61,506 bases of DNA from the IMG/VR virus record IMGVR_UViG_3300025570_000016, positions 1 to 61,506 of that record; one strand, 5' to 3'. This document shows positions 8,828-16,444 of the stretch, piece after piece. Position 1 is the stretch's first letter. The number at the start of each line of letters is the position of its first letter. The position numbers were made by a program, and so were the translations under genes. The notes under the pieces were generated by a model. That model did not search any database, was not told the origin of the DNA, and saw only the letters and a program-made list of their open reading frames with translations. The DNA comes from a virus. Taxonomy: Duplodnaviria; Caudoviricetes.

Positions 8828-9092
8828 TGTTGTCGTCTATTGAAATCATTAATAAAATAAGGTAACCACATAGGTCAAATAGCGTATCCTCCGTGCTATC
8901 TGATACACCTACGTTCTTTATCCTCGCTAACTTGTCATCAATCCTTGCGCATAATGAATCCGTTGACTTACCCTTATTGAATATGTTCAATGGCTCAAGC
9001 GCAGAACTTCCGTAATCCTTGTTCTTCTGTAGTAGCATGTCTCTAACCTTGTCAGCCTTCTGCTTTATCTGTAAACCTCTATCCTTGCTCAT
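8808..9092 (-). CDS. DUF1599 / nucleotide-modification-associated domain protein
   Basis: KNKDYGSS...RIDDKLARI...EDTLFDLCGYLIL. Confidence 0.78.
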   Translation of the reverse strand: MSKDRGLQIKQKADKVRDMLLQKNKDYGSSALEPLNIFNKGKSTDSLCARIDDKLARIKNVGVSDSTEDTLFDLCGYLILLMISIDDNNEKTGI

Positions 9093-9435
9093 CTATACTC
9101 TGCTTTACGTAATTAAATAATGAATACTCTACATGCTTTATGTCTACATCCTCATGCCATGCCCAACCAAACTTACCATTCTCAAGAAACTCAATACAGA
9201 AGCCTCCAATATACTTGCATACGGCCTTAGTACCTTTAGTTAGATTGGTGTTAGGATACCTCTGCTTAAGCCTATCCTCAGTCATAATCTGTCCCGTGGA
9301 GATGAATGTTTTATGGTCTAAGTTCTTAAGGTCTCCTAAGATTCTATTGCCGTTCTGAACGTAGTATTTATCCTTACTACCACTCATCTTCTCGGCAAGC
9401 AAATCTCTATTTATCAACTCTCTTATCGTCATCAT
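9079..9435 (-). CDS. Hypothetical protein
   Basis: ORF in operon. Confidence 0.65.
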   Translation of the reverse strand: MMTIRELINRDLLAEKMSGSKDKYYVQNGNRILGDLKNLDHKTFISTGQIMTEDRLKQRYPNTNLTKGTKAVCKYIGGFCIEFLENGKFGWAWHEDVDIKHVEYSLFNYVKQSIDEQG

Positions 9436-9538
9436 CTTGTTTTGCTTTTAAATCTCTTGAATACTTTACCATCTCCCACGCTATGAATATAGCTATGATG
9501 GTTATCGTGGTTATTACACCCATAAATAATCCTCCCAT
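9407..9538 (-). CDS. 43-aa single-TM peptide (not in ORF track)
   Basis: MGGLFMGVITTITIIAIFIAWEMVKYSRDLKAK...; coupled by TAATG to the upstream gene. Confidence 0.55.
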   Translation of the reverse strand: MGGLFMGVITTITIIAIFIAWEMVKYSRDLKAKQDDDDKRVDK

Positions 9539-9786
9539 TATACTTGTTTTAGTTCGTTCTTGCTCAGTAATACTGCGTTACCTACTATTACCATCCCCGC
9601 GAGATGTGAGGCTTCTGTGTTATGTGGTAGTGATTCGTTAAGGCCATTGTCGTTAACCACCAAGCCTTCGCCGTTAGGTAGGTAAACAATCTCTATGTAG
9701 CCGTCAACCGCTTGTTGCATACCACTCAATGTAAGTTCTGTGAAATTCTCTTGACGTGTTCCGTCAGATTTGATTAATGTTGCCAT
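9538..9786 (-). CDS. DUF3846-like protein
   Basis: TLSGMQQAVDGYIEIV...VVNDNG...LPHNTEAS...IVGNAVL; start moved to MATL, downstream of the promoter. Confidence 0.75.
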   Translation of the reverse strand: MATLIKSDGTRQENFTELTLSGMQQAVDGYIEIVYLPNGEGLVVNDNGLNESLPHNTEASHLAGMVIVGNAVLLSKNELKQV

Positions 9787-9813
9787 TGTGTTTGTTTTAG
9801 TGTTAGTGTTGTA

Positions 9814-9845
9814 CAAATATAGTATAACTTTTGTTTAATTCCAAA
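9814..9845 (-). promoter_or_regulatory. Bacteroidota sigma-A promoter
   Basis: TTTG-N20-TATATTTG. Confidence 0.85.
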
Positions 9846-9850
9846 TTTAA

Positions 9851-9890
9851 AGAGAAAAAAAAGAATCCGTGATAACGGATTCCCTTCTCT
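9851..9890 (-). terminator. Terminator built on palindrome 2 (core 9866-9879, one loop change)
   Basis: Minus strand GAATCCGT-TATC-ACGGATTC followed by a T-run. Confidence 0.75.
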
Positions 9891-10008
9891 CTGTCTTTGA
9901 ATACCTTTGCCAATATGAAAGTCTAACTAAAAGACTCGTGGTCTTGGCTATTAACCATAAGCAGGTATCCCCTCAATCCCCAAGACATCGGAGATTTTTA
10001 AATGACCA

Positions 10009-10248
10009 CTACAAATGTCCTCCGTATGTTGGTATACCCTCAGAATCTAATTCATCGTATCTCCACACCTCTCCATCCAAGACATGCTTCGTATCCACAA
10101 ACTTATTCTTTATTTTCCAATCGTACTTATCTTCGTTCTGCCAAAGCCACGTATCTAAATGCTCTTGGTCTACGTTTTCGGGTATCTCAATCTCCACGAT
10201 TACTTTCTTGAAATACTTTCTCTCTGCCGTTATTCTTACCTTTCTCAT
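10009..10248 (-). CDS. Hypothetical protein
   Basis: ORF, likely start MRKVRIT. Confidence 0.6.
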   Translation of the reverse strand: MRKVRITAERKYFKKVIVEIEIPENVDQEHLDTWLWQNEDKYDWKIKNKFVDTKHVLDGEVWRYDELDSEGIPTYGGHL

Positions 10249-10342
10249 AATGTTATTCTTTAAAATCGTTTGCACTCACTATGACTATCAAAATCATAGC
10301 TATTGTTGTTGCTATAAATAAAGTTGCGTACATGTTTTTGTC

Positions 10343-11410
10343 TTAAAAGTTATACACTTCTGCTAATGTGTACCAATCATCGCACCCATTACAATGGTAT
10401 TGGTTTATGGTATCATCGTATTGTAGAGGCTGAAAGCAAATCATACACTCCTTAGATTGTGTATCACAACAATCATCATCGGTAGCTAAGTCTACATCGT
10501 AGTAGCTATTAAAGTTTATCTGCTGACACGTATCCACAACCCTTGGTCTTCGGTACCCCGTGTAGTTCTGAACGTAACTCTTATGCATCTCTGTACTTGA
10601 ATCAACCTTCTTAGGGTTAAAGTATAACCACGCGTTAATCACTCTACCATCCTTCATTCTGATAGGTATCTGCCTGCGCTTGTACCAATTAGGGTGACCC
10701 TCTAATGCGTCAATCTCCTTGAATGCCTTATCTGAGACCTTGAAGATGTCCACCTCAACATGATGTCCACTACCCCTTTGGTCTACCATGTATGGCAACC
10801 CCTCAATCAGTAATGGGTATTTGTCGTAAGTCTCCCCTCTACCTAAATGCTTTGATGATGTTAGGTATGAGTAGTAGTTGCTATAACCTTTCTTCAACGT
10901 GCCGTATACTGCAATAAGATTGTCTTGCAGTACATTGGCTTTTGAGTACCATATACCGTCTCGGTATGTGTAGGCATCTCTGTTGTACATTTGGAATGAA
11001 CGATTACGCTTGTTGACCGTTACAAACCGTGAGTCATACTGCTCCAACTCTTTCTTCCATAGTTGCCTTGGTATCTGACCAAGCGATATAGCTAACGCTT
11101 TTGAATCTGACATCTGAGCATTACCCATACCCTTGATAGTTCCATTCATCATTAGCCACTCATCTTTCTGCACCCCACATTGGAATGGGTGCATGTTCTC
11201 TCTGTTTACTGCTCCGACAGTAGCATATCTAAAGTGAGCAATAAACGGTCTATCTGTTAGTAGTAGACCATAGTCTTTTGACTCGTGATACGTTATCTCA
11301 AACGTATCTAACCACACGATACCAAGTCCGTGAGGATTAATCCTTGCTGATGTCTTCGCAATCTCTCGCGACATCATCTGCTTTTTCTGTTTAATAATAA
11401 TTACGCACAT
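10343..11410 (-). CDS. Class II glutamine amidotransferase fused to gamma-glutamylcyclotransferase, with C-terminal Zn ribbon
   Basis: Start MCVII (Ntn Cys), NPHGLG, HFRYATVG, NMHPF, NGTI, SDS; VYGTLKKG and LEGHP (GGCT/AIG2); CMIC...CNGC. Confidence 0.88.
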   Translation of the reverse strand: MCVIIIKQKKQMMSREIAKTSARINPHGLGIVWLDTFEITYHESKDYGLLLTDRPFIAHFRYATVGAVNRENMHPFQCGVQKDEWLMMNGTIKGMGNAQMSDSKALAISLGQIPRQLWKKELEQYDSRFVTVNKRNRSFQMYNRDAYTYRDGIWYSKANVLQDNLIAVYGTLKKGYSNYYSYLTSSKHLGRGETYDKYPLLIEGLPYMVDQRGSGHHVEVDIFKVSDKAFKEIDALEGHPNWYKRRQIPIRMKDGRVINAWLYFNPKKVDSSTEMHKSYVQNYTGYRRPRVVDTCQQINFNSYYDVDLATDDDCCDTQSKECMICFQPLQYDDTINQYHCNGCDDWYTLAEVYNF

Positions 11411-11432
11411 TGTGTTTAATGTTTGTGAGGAA

Positions 11433-11446
11433 TCCGTTATAACGGA
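11433..11446. repeat. TCCGTTATAACGGA palindrome 3, in the 5' leader of GATase-GGCT
   Basis: Lies between the promoter at 11471-11502 and ATG 11410. Confidence 0.95.
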
Positions 11447-11470
11447 CTGACCTCTGATTAGTGAATTGTA

Positions 11471-11502
11471 CAAATATAAGACAAAATTTAGACATAGCCA
11501 AA
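11471..11502 (-). promoter_or_regulatory. Bacteroidota sigma-A promoter
   Basis: TTTG-N20-TATATTTG; spacer largely shared with 13205-13236. Confidence 0.85.
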
Positions 11503-11503
11503 T

Positions 11504-11662
11504 TTAATGTCCGTTATCTATCAAGGCTTCTGTTACCTTCATTCCTTGCTTCTTAGCTTCCTCTTCCAATGTAGGAAAACAAGCTATGAATAGTTCTTCT
11601 GTTTCAAACGTAGCCACGCATTCAGCATGATTACTGCTCTCAAAGTATACTTCTACGTACAT
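11504..11662 (-). CDS. 52-aa hypothetical protein (not in ORF track)
   Basis: MYVEVYFESSNHAECVATFETEELF...; preceded by the 18-bp leader repeat. Confidence 0.65.
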   Translation of the reverse strand: MYVEVYFESSNHAECVATFETEELFIACFPTLEEEAKKQGMKVTEALIDNGH

Positions 11663-11702
11663 GATTTACTTCTTTTTAGGTTTAGTTTTAGTTTAGTTTG
11701 TA

Positions 11703-11945
11703 TTAGATATGATAAAATTTTATCGTATCAGTATATTTAGGTAGCTTCTTAAAACCATCTTGTCTTTTTATTTCAATAACTCCATTTTCTACTGCCACAT
11801 ATTCCCAACCATAATTAGTCATGCCATAGGCATTGATTATTCCTACTATCTCTTTGACGTTATTTGTTGGTAGGTCGCAGATAGTCATTTGCGTTTCGCT
11901 AAATTCGTCTAAAAATGTGCATTCGTAAAGTTTCTTACTTTCCAT
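11703..11945 (-). CDS. Early hypothetical protein
   Basis: ORF between 18-bp repeats. Confidence 0.7.
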   Translation of the reverse strand: MESKKLYECTFLDEFSETQMTICDLPTNNVKEIVGIINAYGMTNYGWEYVAVENGVIEIKRQDGFKKLPKYTDTIKFYHI

Positions 11946-11970
11946 AATTTCTACTTCTTTTTAGGTTTAG

Positions 11971-12198
11971 TTAGATGCACCAACATCCGTCTTCGGTTTC
12001 TTTTAATATGTATAACTTCTTCTTATTAGCTTTTTCTTTATCAAGAAACTGAATACCATTGACAACAAGATCGTCTATGTTTAACTCGTTTAAATCTACA
12101 TCCATTTCAAGTAGATAATCCATAAGCTCTTCGTAATACTCATTGTCTATGTCTACACAACAAGACATCATAAGTCTGTTTAAATTAAATTCTTTCAT
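11971..12198 (-). CDS. Early acidic hypothetical protein
   Basis: ORF between 18-bp repeats. Confidence 0.7.
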   Translation of the reverse strand: MKEFNLNRLMMSCCVDIDNEYYEELMDYLLEMDVDLNELNIDDLVVNGIQFLDKEKANKKKLYILKETEDGCWCI

Positions 12199-12217
12199 AA
12201 CTTACTTCTTTTTAGGT

Positions 12218-12403
12218 TTAAATTAAATCTCCGTTCTCATCAAAAGAACCTATTACATCTTCTTCTTCAGTTTCTTTTTCTTTCTTGTAGATTGACATTC
12301 TGTACTCATCATCTACCATACGTTTAGTCATCTGTTGTTCAATGCTAATGCCTTCAATCATGCCTTGCATCATGGACTCGAATAATTTTTTGGTCTGTCC
12401 CAT
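12218..12403 (-). CDS. Early hypothetical protein
   Basis: MGQTKKLFE; AAACACAATG leader. Confidence 0.7.
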   Translation of the reverse strand: MGQTKKLFESMMQGMIEGISIEQQMTKRMVDDEYRMSIYKKEKETEEEDVIGSFDENGDLI

Positions 12404-12418
12404 TGTGTTTAATTTATT

Positions 12419-12482
12419 GGTTAAGACTCAAATCCGCTATAACGGATTCAAGTTTCGGATATTCAACCCTCATCAGTTAACC
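12419..12482 (-). ncRNA. Hammerhead ribozyme, type I, with palindrome 4 inside stem III
   Basis: GGUUAA CUGAUGA GGGU-UGAAU-AUCC GAAA CUUGAAUCCGU-UAUA-GCGGAUUUGAG UC^UUAACC. Confidence 0.88.
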
Positions 12483-12486
12483 TATT

Positions 12487-12795
12487 TTAGGTAGTTATTA
12501 TCTCAAAGTTATACGCCTCTATTTCATTCTTAATAAAATTTTTACCCTCTTCCGTTGTTACAACTTCGTCTATCCATAAAGAGAATAAAGAATTGTGTAG
12601 TTTATCAAATTCATCATCTGAAACACATTGTATTATCTTGTGAAATATGGGTGCAATTTCTTTGTTGTTAATCCACCACTCACCTAAAGATTCGTCACAT
12701 ACGTATCTTAAGAAAAATCTATATGCTGAAATAGTTGGCTCGTTTTCTACAATAAACTTGTTTAAATCGTTATCATAAATTGAAACTCTTTTCAT
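12487..12795 (-). CDS. Early hypothetical protein
   Basis: ORF. Confidence 0.7.
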   Translation of the reverse strand: MKRVSIYDNDLNKFIVENEPTISAYRFFLRYVCDESLGEWWINNKEIAPIFHKIIQCVSDDEFDKLHNSLFSLWIDEVVTTEEGKNFIKNEIEAYNFEIITT

Positions 12796-12815
12796 ATCGT
12801 TTTAGTTTTAAAGGT

Positions 12816-13007
12816 TTATAGGTCTAATTTATATTCTAATCTGTTCTGCATCTCCGTTTCAATCATAGCAATAAATGTCGAATCGTATTTACAGCCTTTC
12901 GGGAATTCTTTTCTGTACTCTGTTATGTCTCTGTGGACTAACTTCAATGTGTAATCACTCATAAGACCTATTAGGTCATAAGCAGATTGTGTTTCTAAAT
13001 GTGCCAT
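12816..13007 (-). CDS. Early hypothetical protein
   Basis: ORF. Confidence 0.65.
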   Translation of the reverse strand: MAHLETQSAYDLIGLMSDYTLKLVHRDITEYRKEFPKGCKYDSTFIAMIETEMQNRLEYKLDL

Positions 13008-13018
13008 AGCTTTGTAGT

Positions 13019-13183
13019 TTAAGTTATTTCGTATCCAAACGAATGTATTGAATTCTCGTTGAGCATCTTCAATAACTGCTTGTACTCTCTTGTCGCAGTC
13101 GGTCTCTTGCAGTCACGCACTGCCAATGTAGATGAGTTAATTCCAACCCCTTTTAACGTGTAGAAAAATCTTACTCTTAACAT
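13019..13183 (-). CDS. Early hypothetical protein
   Basis: Start MLRV, downstream of the promoter. Confidence 0.6.
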   Translation of the reverse strand: MLRVRFFYTLKGVGINSSTLAVRDCKRPTATREYKQLLKMLNENSIHSFGYEIT

Positions 13184-13204
13184 AGTTTCTGTGTTTGATT
13201 TAGA

Positions 13205-13236
13205 CAAATATAATACTAAATTTAGACATATCCAAA
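13205..13236 (-). promoter_or_regulatory. Bacteroidota sigma-A promoter
   Basis: TTTG-N20-TATATTTG. Confidence 0.85.
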
Positions 13237-13238
13237 TG

Positions 13239-13400
13239 TTAGTCTATATTTTTATGTGTTAATACTAAGTATAACGTGTATACTCCAAATGGTAGTAGGT
13301 AAATGTATCCTACCTCTGTCGTGATAGCAAACAAGAATATTATCATAATGTTTGCCATAATCAATGCGAATATTGTCGCGTAGTCTAAAATCTTCTTCAT
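13239..13400 (-). CDS. Small two-TM membrane protein
   Basis: MKKILDYATIFALIMANIMIIFLFAI... Confidence 0.6.
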   Translation of the reverse strand: MKKILDYATIFALIMANIMIIFLFAITTEVGYIYLLPFGVYTLYLVLTHKNID

Positions 13401-13401
13401 C

Positions 13402-13626
13402 TTATTTGTCGTTTTGCTTGAATGCTTCCAATGTCTTTGTGTAATTGGATAGCTTCGTTTGTAATAATTTAATGGTCTCACGCGTATCATCGCACACGTA
13501 GGTGTTACACTCCGCCAATCTGAATTGGTAGAAATGAATGCTGTGGTTAACCTTATCTAGGTCAGCAATATACTGCTCAGTAGATGCGATTAAATTTCTC
13601 AATTCTCTTCTCTCAATTGTATCCAT
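13402..13626 (-). CDS. Coiled-coil hypothetical protein
   Basis: Start MDTIERR, downstream of the ribozyme; the listed upstream extension reads through the ribozyme. Confidence 0.65.
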   Translation of the reverse strand: MDTIERRELRNLIASTEQYIADLDKVNHSIHFYQFRLAECNTYVCDDTRETIKLLQTKLSNYTKTLEAFKQNDK

Positions 13627-13646
13627 ATCAATATGTTTAAATGGTT

Positions 13647-13697
13647 TCCGTTTCGACCTTTTGGTCTCATCAGCACAAGCACTCACTTGTGGACGGA
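13647..13697 (-). ncRNA. Hammerhead ribozyme, type III
   Basis: UCCGUC^CACAAG-UGAGUG-CUUGUG CUGAUGA GACC-AAAA-GGUC GAAACGGA. Confidence 0.93.
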
Positions 13698-13698
13698 T

Positions 13699-13724
13699 GA
13701 GGAATCCGTTATAACGGACTCCCC
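13699..13724 (-). repeat. Hairpin with palindrome 5 (core 13705-13718)
   Basis: GGGGAGTCCGTTATAACGGATTCCTC, directly 5' of the ribozyme. Confidence 0.92.
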
Positions 13725-13731
13725 ACATACG

Positions 13732-14688
13732 TCATCTTAAAGTCTCCGCTCTAAGGCTTCTTGTGTACAAGTGACTCAAGTTACCAAATCGGTCAACGAA
13801 TGGTTTCACTGCGTGGTTAATTTTACGCGTCATCAACATCTTTCTGAAATGCTTTGATAACTCCATAACCTCAGACACCTTATCTGCGTCGCCATTGTAC
13901 ATCATCATGAGAATTGGTTTCAACTTGCTTAGAAGACCTCTATGCGTTCCATTTGGCTTATTCACCGCGTAGTTAACAATCTCATACATCAATCTGTATC
14001 TAAAGTTCAAATCAGCTACACTCTTCACCCTACTCGGCAATCTAAACTCAATCCTATTGTCATCAATACGGCATACTTGGTATTTGTGATGAGTACTAAT
14101 TCCGTCCCACTCAGACCGGCATACATCCATGAAGATGTTTGACTGACACCACGTTCTTCGCAATCTGAATCGGTATAGCGCGTAGATGATTCCACTGAAT
14201 GGTCTAATTGCGTCAGCTAACTCTTCTCCGCTCATCCCTTTAACCGCTAGGTTAATGTGACCCCCACATTCGATGTCTGACGGCGAGAATTGGTCATCAA
14301 TGACATGCTTCGCTTCGCTGAACATATTGAAGATTTTGTTCCTCCAAACGGATTTGCCAATCAACGGAAGTACATTTGTGATAGCTTCAACACCACATGA
14401 CCCGTCAGTCTCAAAGTGACTGAGCAAAGGGTATTCCTTGACCGCATTACGATGAAATGTGTTCTTCTCAATCTCAAAGCCAATAGTAAAACGCGACTCA
14501 ATCTCTCCCTCATCAGTTACATTGGTAGTTAAATTCATTTCATTGTGAGGTAAATGCTTTAGGTCATATTGGAATGGTGTTTTGTCAAACATCCTATAAG
14601 GCAATCCATTGCGCTTTGCCCACCCATAAGATAGCATTCGACCGCGGTCCTCATTGCCCTCAGTAGTGTAAGTGATTTGTGCATTCAT
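13732..14688 (-). CDS. Putative amidoligase (COOH-NH2 ligase, Amidoligase_2-like)
   Basis: FTIGFEIE, ETDGSCGVEAIT, CGGHINL, RIEFRLP. Confidence 0.82.
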   Translation of the reverse strand: MNAQITYTTEGNEDRGRMLSYGWAKRNGLPYRMFDKTPFQYDLKHLPHNEMNLTTNVTDEGEIESRFTIGFEIEKNTFHRNAVKEYPLLSHFETDGSCGVEAITNVLPLIGKSVWRNKIFNMFSEAKHVIDDQFSPSDIECGGHINLAVKGMSGEELADAIRPFSGIIYALYRFRLRRTWCQSNIFMDVCRSEWDGISTHHKYQVCRIDDNRIEFRLPSRVKSVADLNFRYRLMYEIVNYAVNKPNGTHRGLLSKLKPILMMMYNGDADKVSEVMELSKHFRKMLMTRKINHAVKPFVDRFGNLSHLYTRSLRAETLR

Positions 14689-14713
14689 AATCTATGTAGT
14701 TAATGGTTTAAAA

Positions 14714-14764
14714 TCCGTTTCGACCTCTTGGTCTCATCAGCGCAGGACACTACCTGCGGACGGA
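14714..14764 (-). ncRNA. Hammerhead ribozyme, type III
   Basis: UCCGUC^CGCAGG-UAGUGU-CCUGCG CUGAUGA GACC-AAGA-GGUC GAAACGGA. Confidence 0.93.
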
Positions 14765-14765
14765 A

Positions 14766-14793
14766 CAGAAAATCCGTTATAACGGATTCTCTG
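14766..14793 (-). repeat. Hairpin with palindrome 6 (core 14773-14786)
   Basis: CAGAGAATCCGTTATAACGGATTTTCTG, directly 5' of the ribozyme. Confidence 0.92.
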
Positions 14794-14807
14794 CATCATC
14801 TTAGTGA

Positions 14808-15497
14808 TTAGCTCCATATACCAATTGCTCTGATGATTTTCAATGAGTCAGCTTCAAATTCATCCTTAATGTATTGAGGCACCTTGTCTGCGTCTCCGTC
14901 AATTGTCCATTGAGCATCATCGTATAGCTTCACTACAACTCCAATTCCGTCTTCGAATAACTGCCCGTTAACAATGTAAGATTTGATAACCTTACTTGTA
15001 GTTTCCTCAGCATTTGCTTCAGCGCTCGCTTCAGCGGTAGCTTCAGCAGATTCCTCTGTGCTTACTACCTGCGCATCATCTCCGCTTTGCTCAGCCTTGA
15101 TAAACTTGATAAGATTAGCAATTGAGCGCGATGCAGTTACGTTCCCTGAATTCTCCATGGTTGTACATTGTCGCTTGTATTTCGATACAATGTTTTGGTC
15201 TTCCACAACAACCTTACCCACTCTGTTTTGGTCAGCAAAGAATGAATACTTCCACCCGAAGATATCCATAGCGAATTCTTCTTTGGTCATCACAATACCG
15301 GCATACTCAAAGCACTGCTTTCCCTCAGGCGATTTAAACCATTGGTAGGTCAGGTGCACCTTTTTAGCTAGCTTGATTTTCTTGTCGAATGCAGTCACGT
15401 CATTAGCATTCAATTCATTCAATAGAGCAACTGCACCATTGAATTCCGCTACATTGCTTTCTAGCAATTCAGCTACATTTGTGTTTAATGTTCTCAT
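14808..15497 (-). CDS. First early gene, hypothetical protein
   Basis: 229-aa ORF with Ala/Glu-rich linker; TATCTTAG promoter-like box near 15547-15556. Confidence 0.75.
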   Translation of the reverse strand: MRTLNTNVAELLESNVAEFNGAVALLNELNANDVTAFDKKIKLAKKVHLTYQWFKSPEGKQCFEYAGIVMTKEEFAMDIFGWKYSFFADQNRVGKVVVEDQNIVSKYKRQCTTMENSGNVTASRSIANLIKFIKAEQSGDDAQVVSTEESAEATAEASAEANAEETTSKVIKSYIVNGQLFEDGIGVVVKLYDDAQWTIDGDADKVPQYIKDEFEADSLKIIRAIGIWS

Positions 15498-15599
15498 AAT
15501 CAGTAGTTTAAGTGGTTATCGCTCGGGGTGTATCCCCAACCGCACAGCTAAGATACGTCTAATTCTCGTATAAAAAAACTATATGCAGATTATTTATAC

Positions 15600-15965
15600 A
15601 TTATTTTGACAGAATTTGTACAAGCGCAGTAAACACGCAATATGCAGCGCGGTGTATTTGGGGCAATTTATTTGGGGCTAATTTGGTCGGGCGGGGGCAA
15701 TCTCTTATGTGCTGATATGCAATATTGAGATTTGTCTTTGGGGCAAAGACATGGAGCGCAGTGAATACGCGGTAGAATCCGTTATAACGGAACACGTAAA
15801 ACGTGGACGGACGGGGGACGGGGGACGGACGGACGGGGGACGGGGACGCGTAGCAAAACGTCAAAAAATCCACATGCGCAGGACAAAAGCACACCCCCAC
15901 CCTTGAAAAAAAAATCGGTTTCGTTCGAGGGTGCGCGCGCGTGCGGCGGGGGGGAACCCACAACC
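15600..15965. other. GC-rich non-coding strand-switch region (candidate genome end or origin)
   Basis: TTTGGGGC x3, GCGCAGTRAAYACGC x2, palindrome 7 (15778-15791), GGAC/GGGGGAC tandem array. Confidence 0.6.
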
Positions 15966-15999
15966 TACACATATCTAAAAATTTTTGTATCTTTACCCC

Positions 16000-16152
16000 A
16001 TGTATGAGATAGAACTACAGAATAGAATTAAGATAGGTTTTTGCTTAGGCTTTGGTATATACCCAAACGATAAGGATTATAACTTCTCGGAGTACATTTT
16101 ATATTTAGGATTAATTAGTATACACATAAAAATTTTCAGGGATGAACTATAG
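16000..16152 (+). CDS. 50-aa hypothetical protein (not in ORF track)
   Basis: MYEIELQNRIKIGFCLGFGIY...; overlaps the next ATG. Confidence 0.55.
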   Translation: MYEIELQNRIKIGFCLGFGIYPNDKDYNFSEYILYLGLISIHIKIFRDEL

Positions 16153-16330
16153 TGGATTAAAAGTAAAGGACGGTCGATTGATTAATGATAGACCAACAGG
16201 TAAAAGCGGTATTGAAGAGGCTTCAGAAATTCGCAAGGCTGTAAAGATGAACGAGAAGGCAAATGTTATTGCTAACGGAATAGAAAAAGCTGAAATGCGT
16301 AAGGATATGCGCAACATGTTCGGCAAATAA
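16142..16330 (+). CDS. Hypothetical protein
   Basis: ORF followed by a terminator. Confidence 0.65.
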   Translation: MNYSGLKVKDGRLINDRPTGKSGIEEASEIRKAVKMNEKANVIANGIEKAEMRKDMRNMFGK

Positions 16331-16384
16331 CATCATTGTGTTTGATGGTTGAATTGATTGGGTAGTGACTTTCAATTCGTAAGA

Positions 16385-16407
16385 GAGGGGTTATCCCCTC
16401 TTTTTTT
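16385..16407 (+). terminator. Intrinsic terminator
   Basis: GAGGGG-TTAT-CCCCTC then T7. Confidence 0.8.
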
Positions 16408-16444
16408 GTTTATGCTTTGACAATAGTCGTCATAAATAGTTAAT

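Larger units (their letters stand above)
11667..12220 (-). repeat. Three exact 18-bp intergenic repeats (11667-11684, 11952-11969, 12203-12220)
   Basis: TACTTCTTTTTAGGTTTA, each 4-6 nt upstream of an ATG on the minus strand. Confidence 0.9.

Noticed and set aside
11411-11473. N-terminal extension of GATase in the ORF track
   Set aside because: It overlaps the promoter and palindrome; the Ntn fold needs Cys at the N-terminus (start 11410)
14510-14516. CTGATGAG inside the amidoligase gene
   Set aside because: Coding (TDE); no hammerhead stems
6796-15791. Palindrome copies as a CRISPR array or integron attC sites
   Set aside because: Irregular kb-scale spacing, only 14 bp conserved, and no cas or integrase gene
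15601-15972. ORFs 15601-15972 (-) and 15709-15906 (+)
   Set aside because: Low-complexity translations of the GC-rich repeat region
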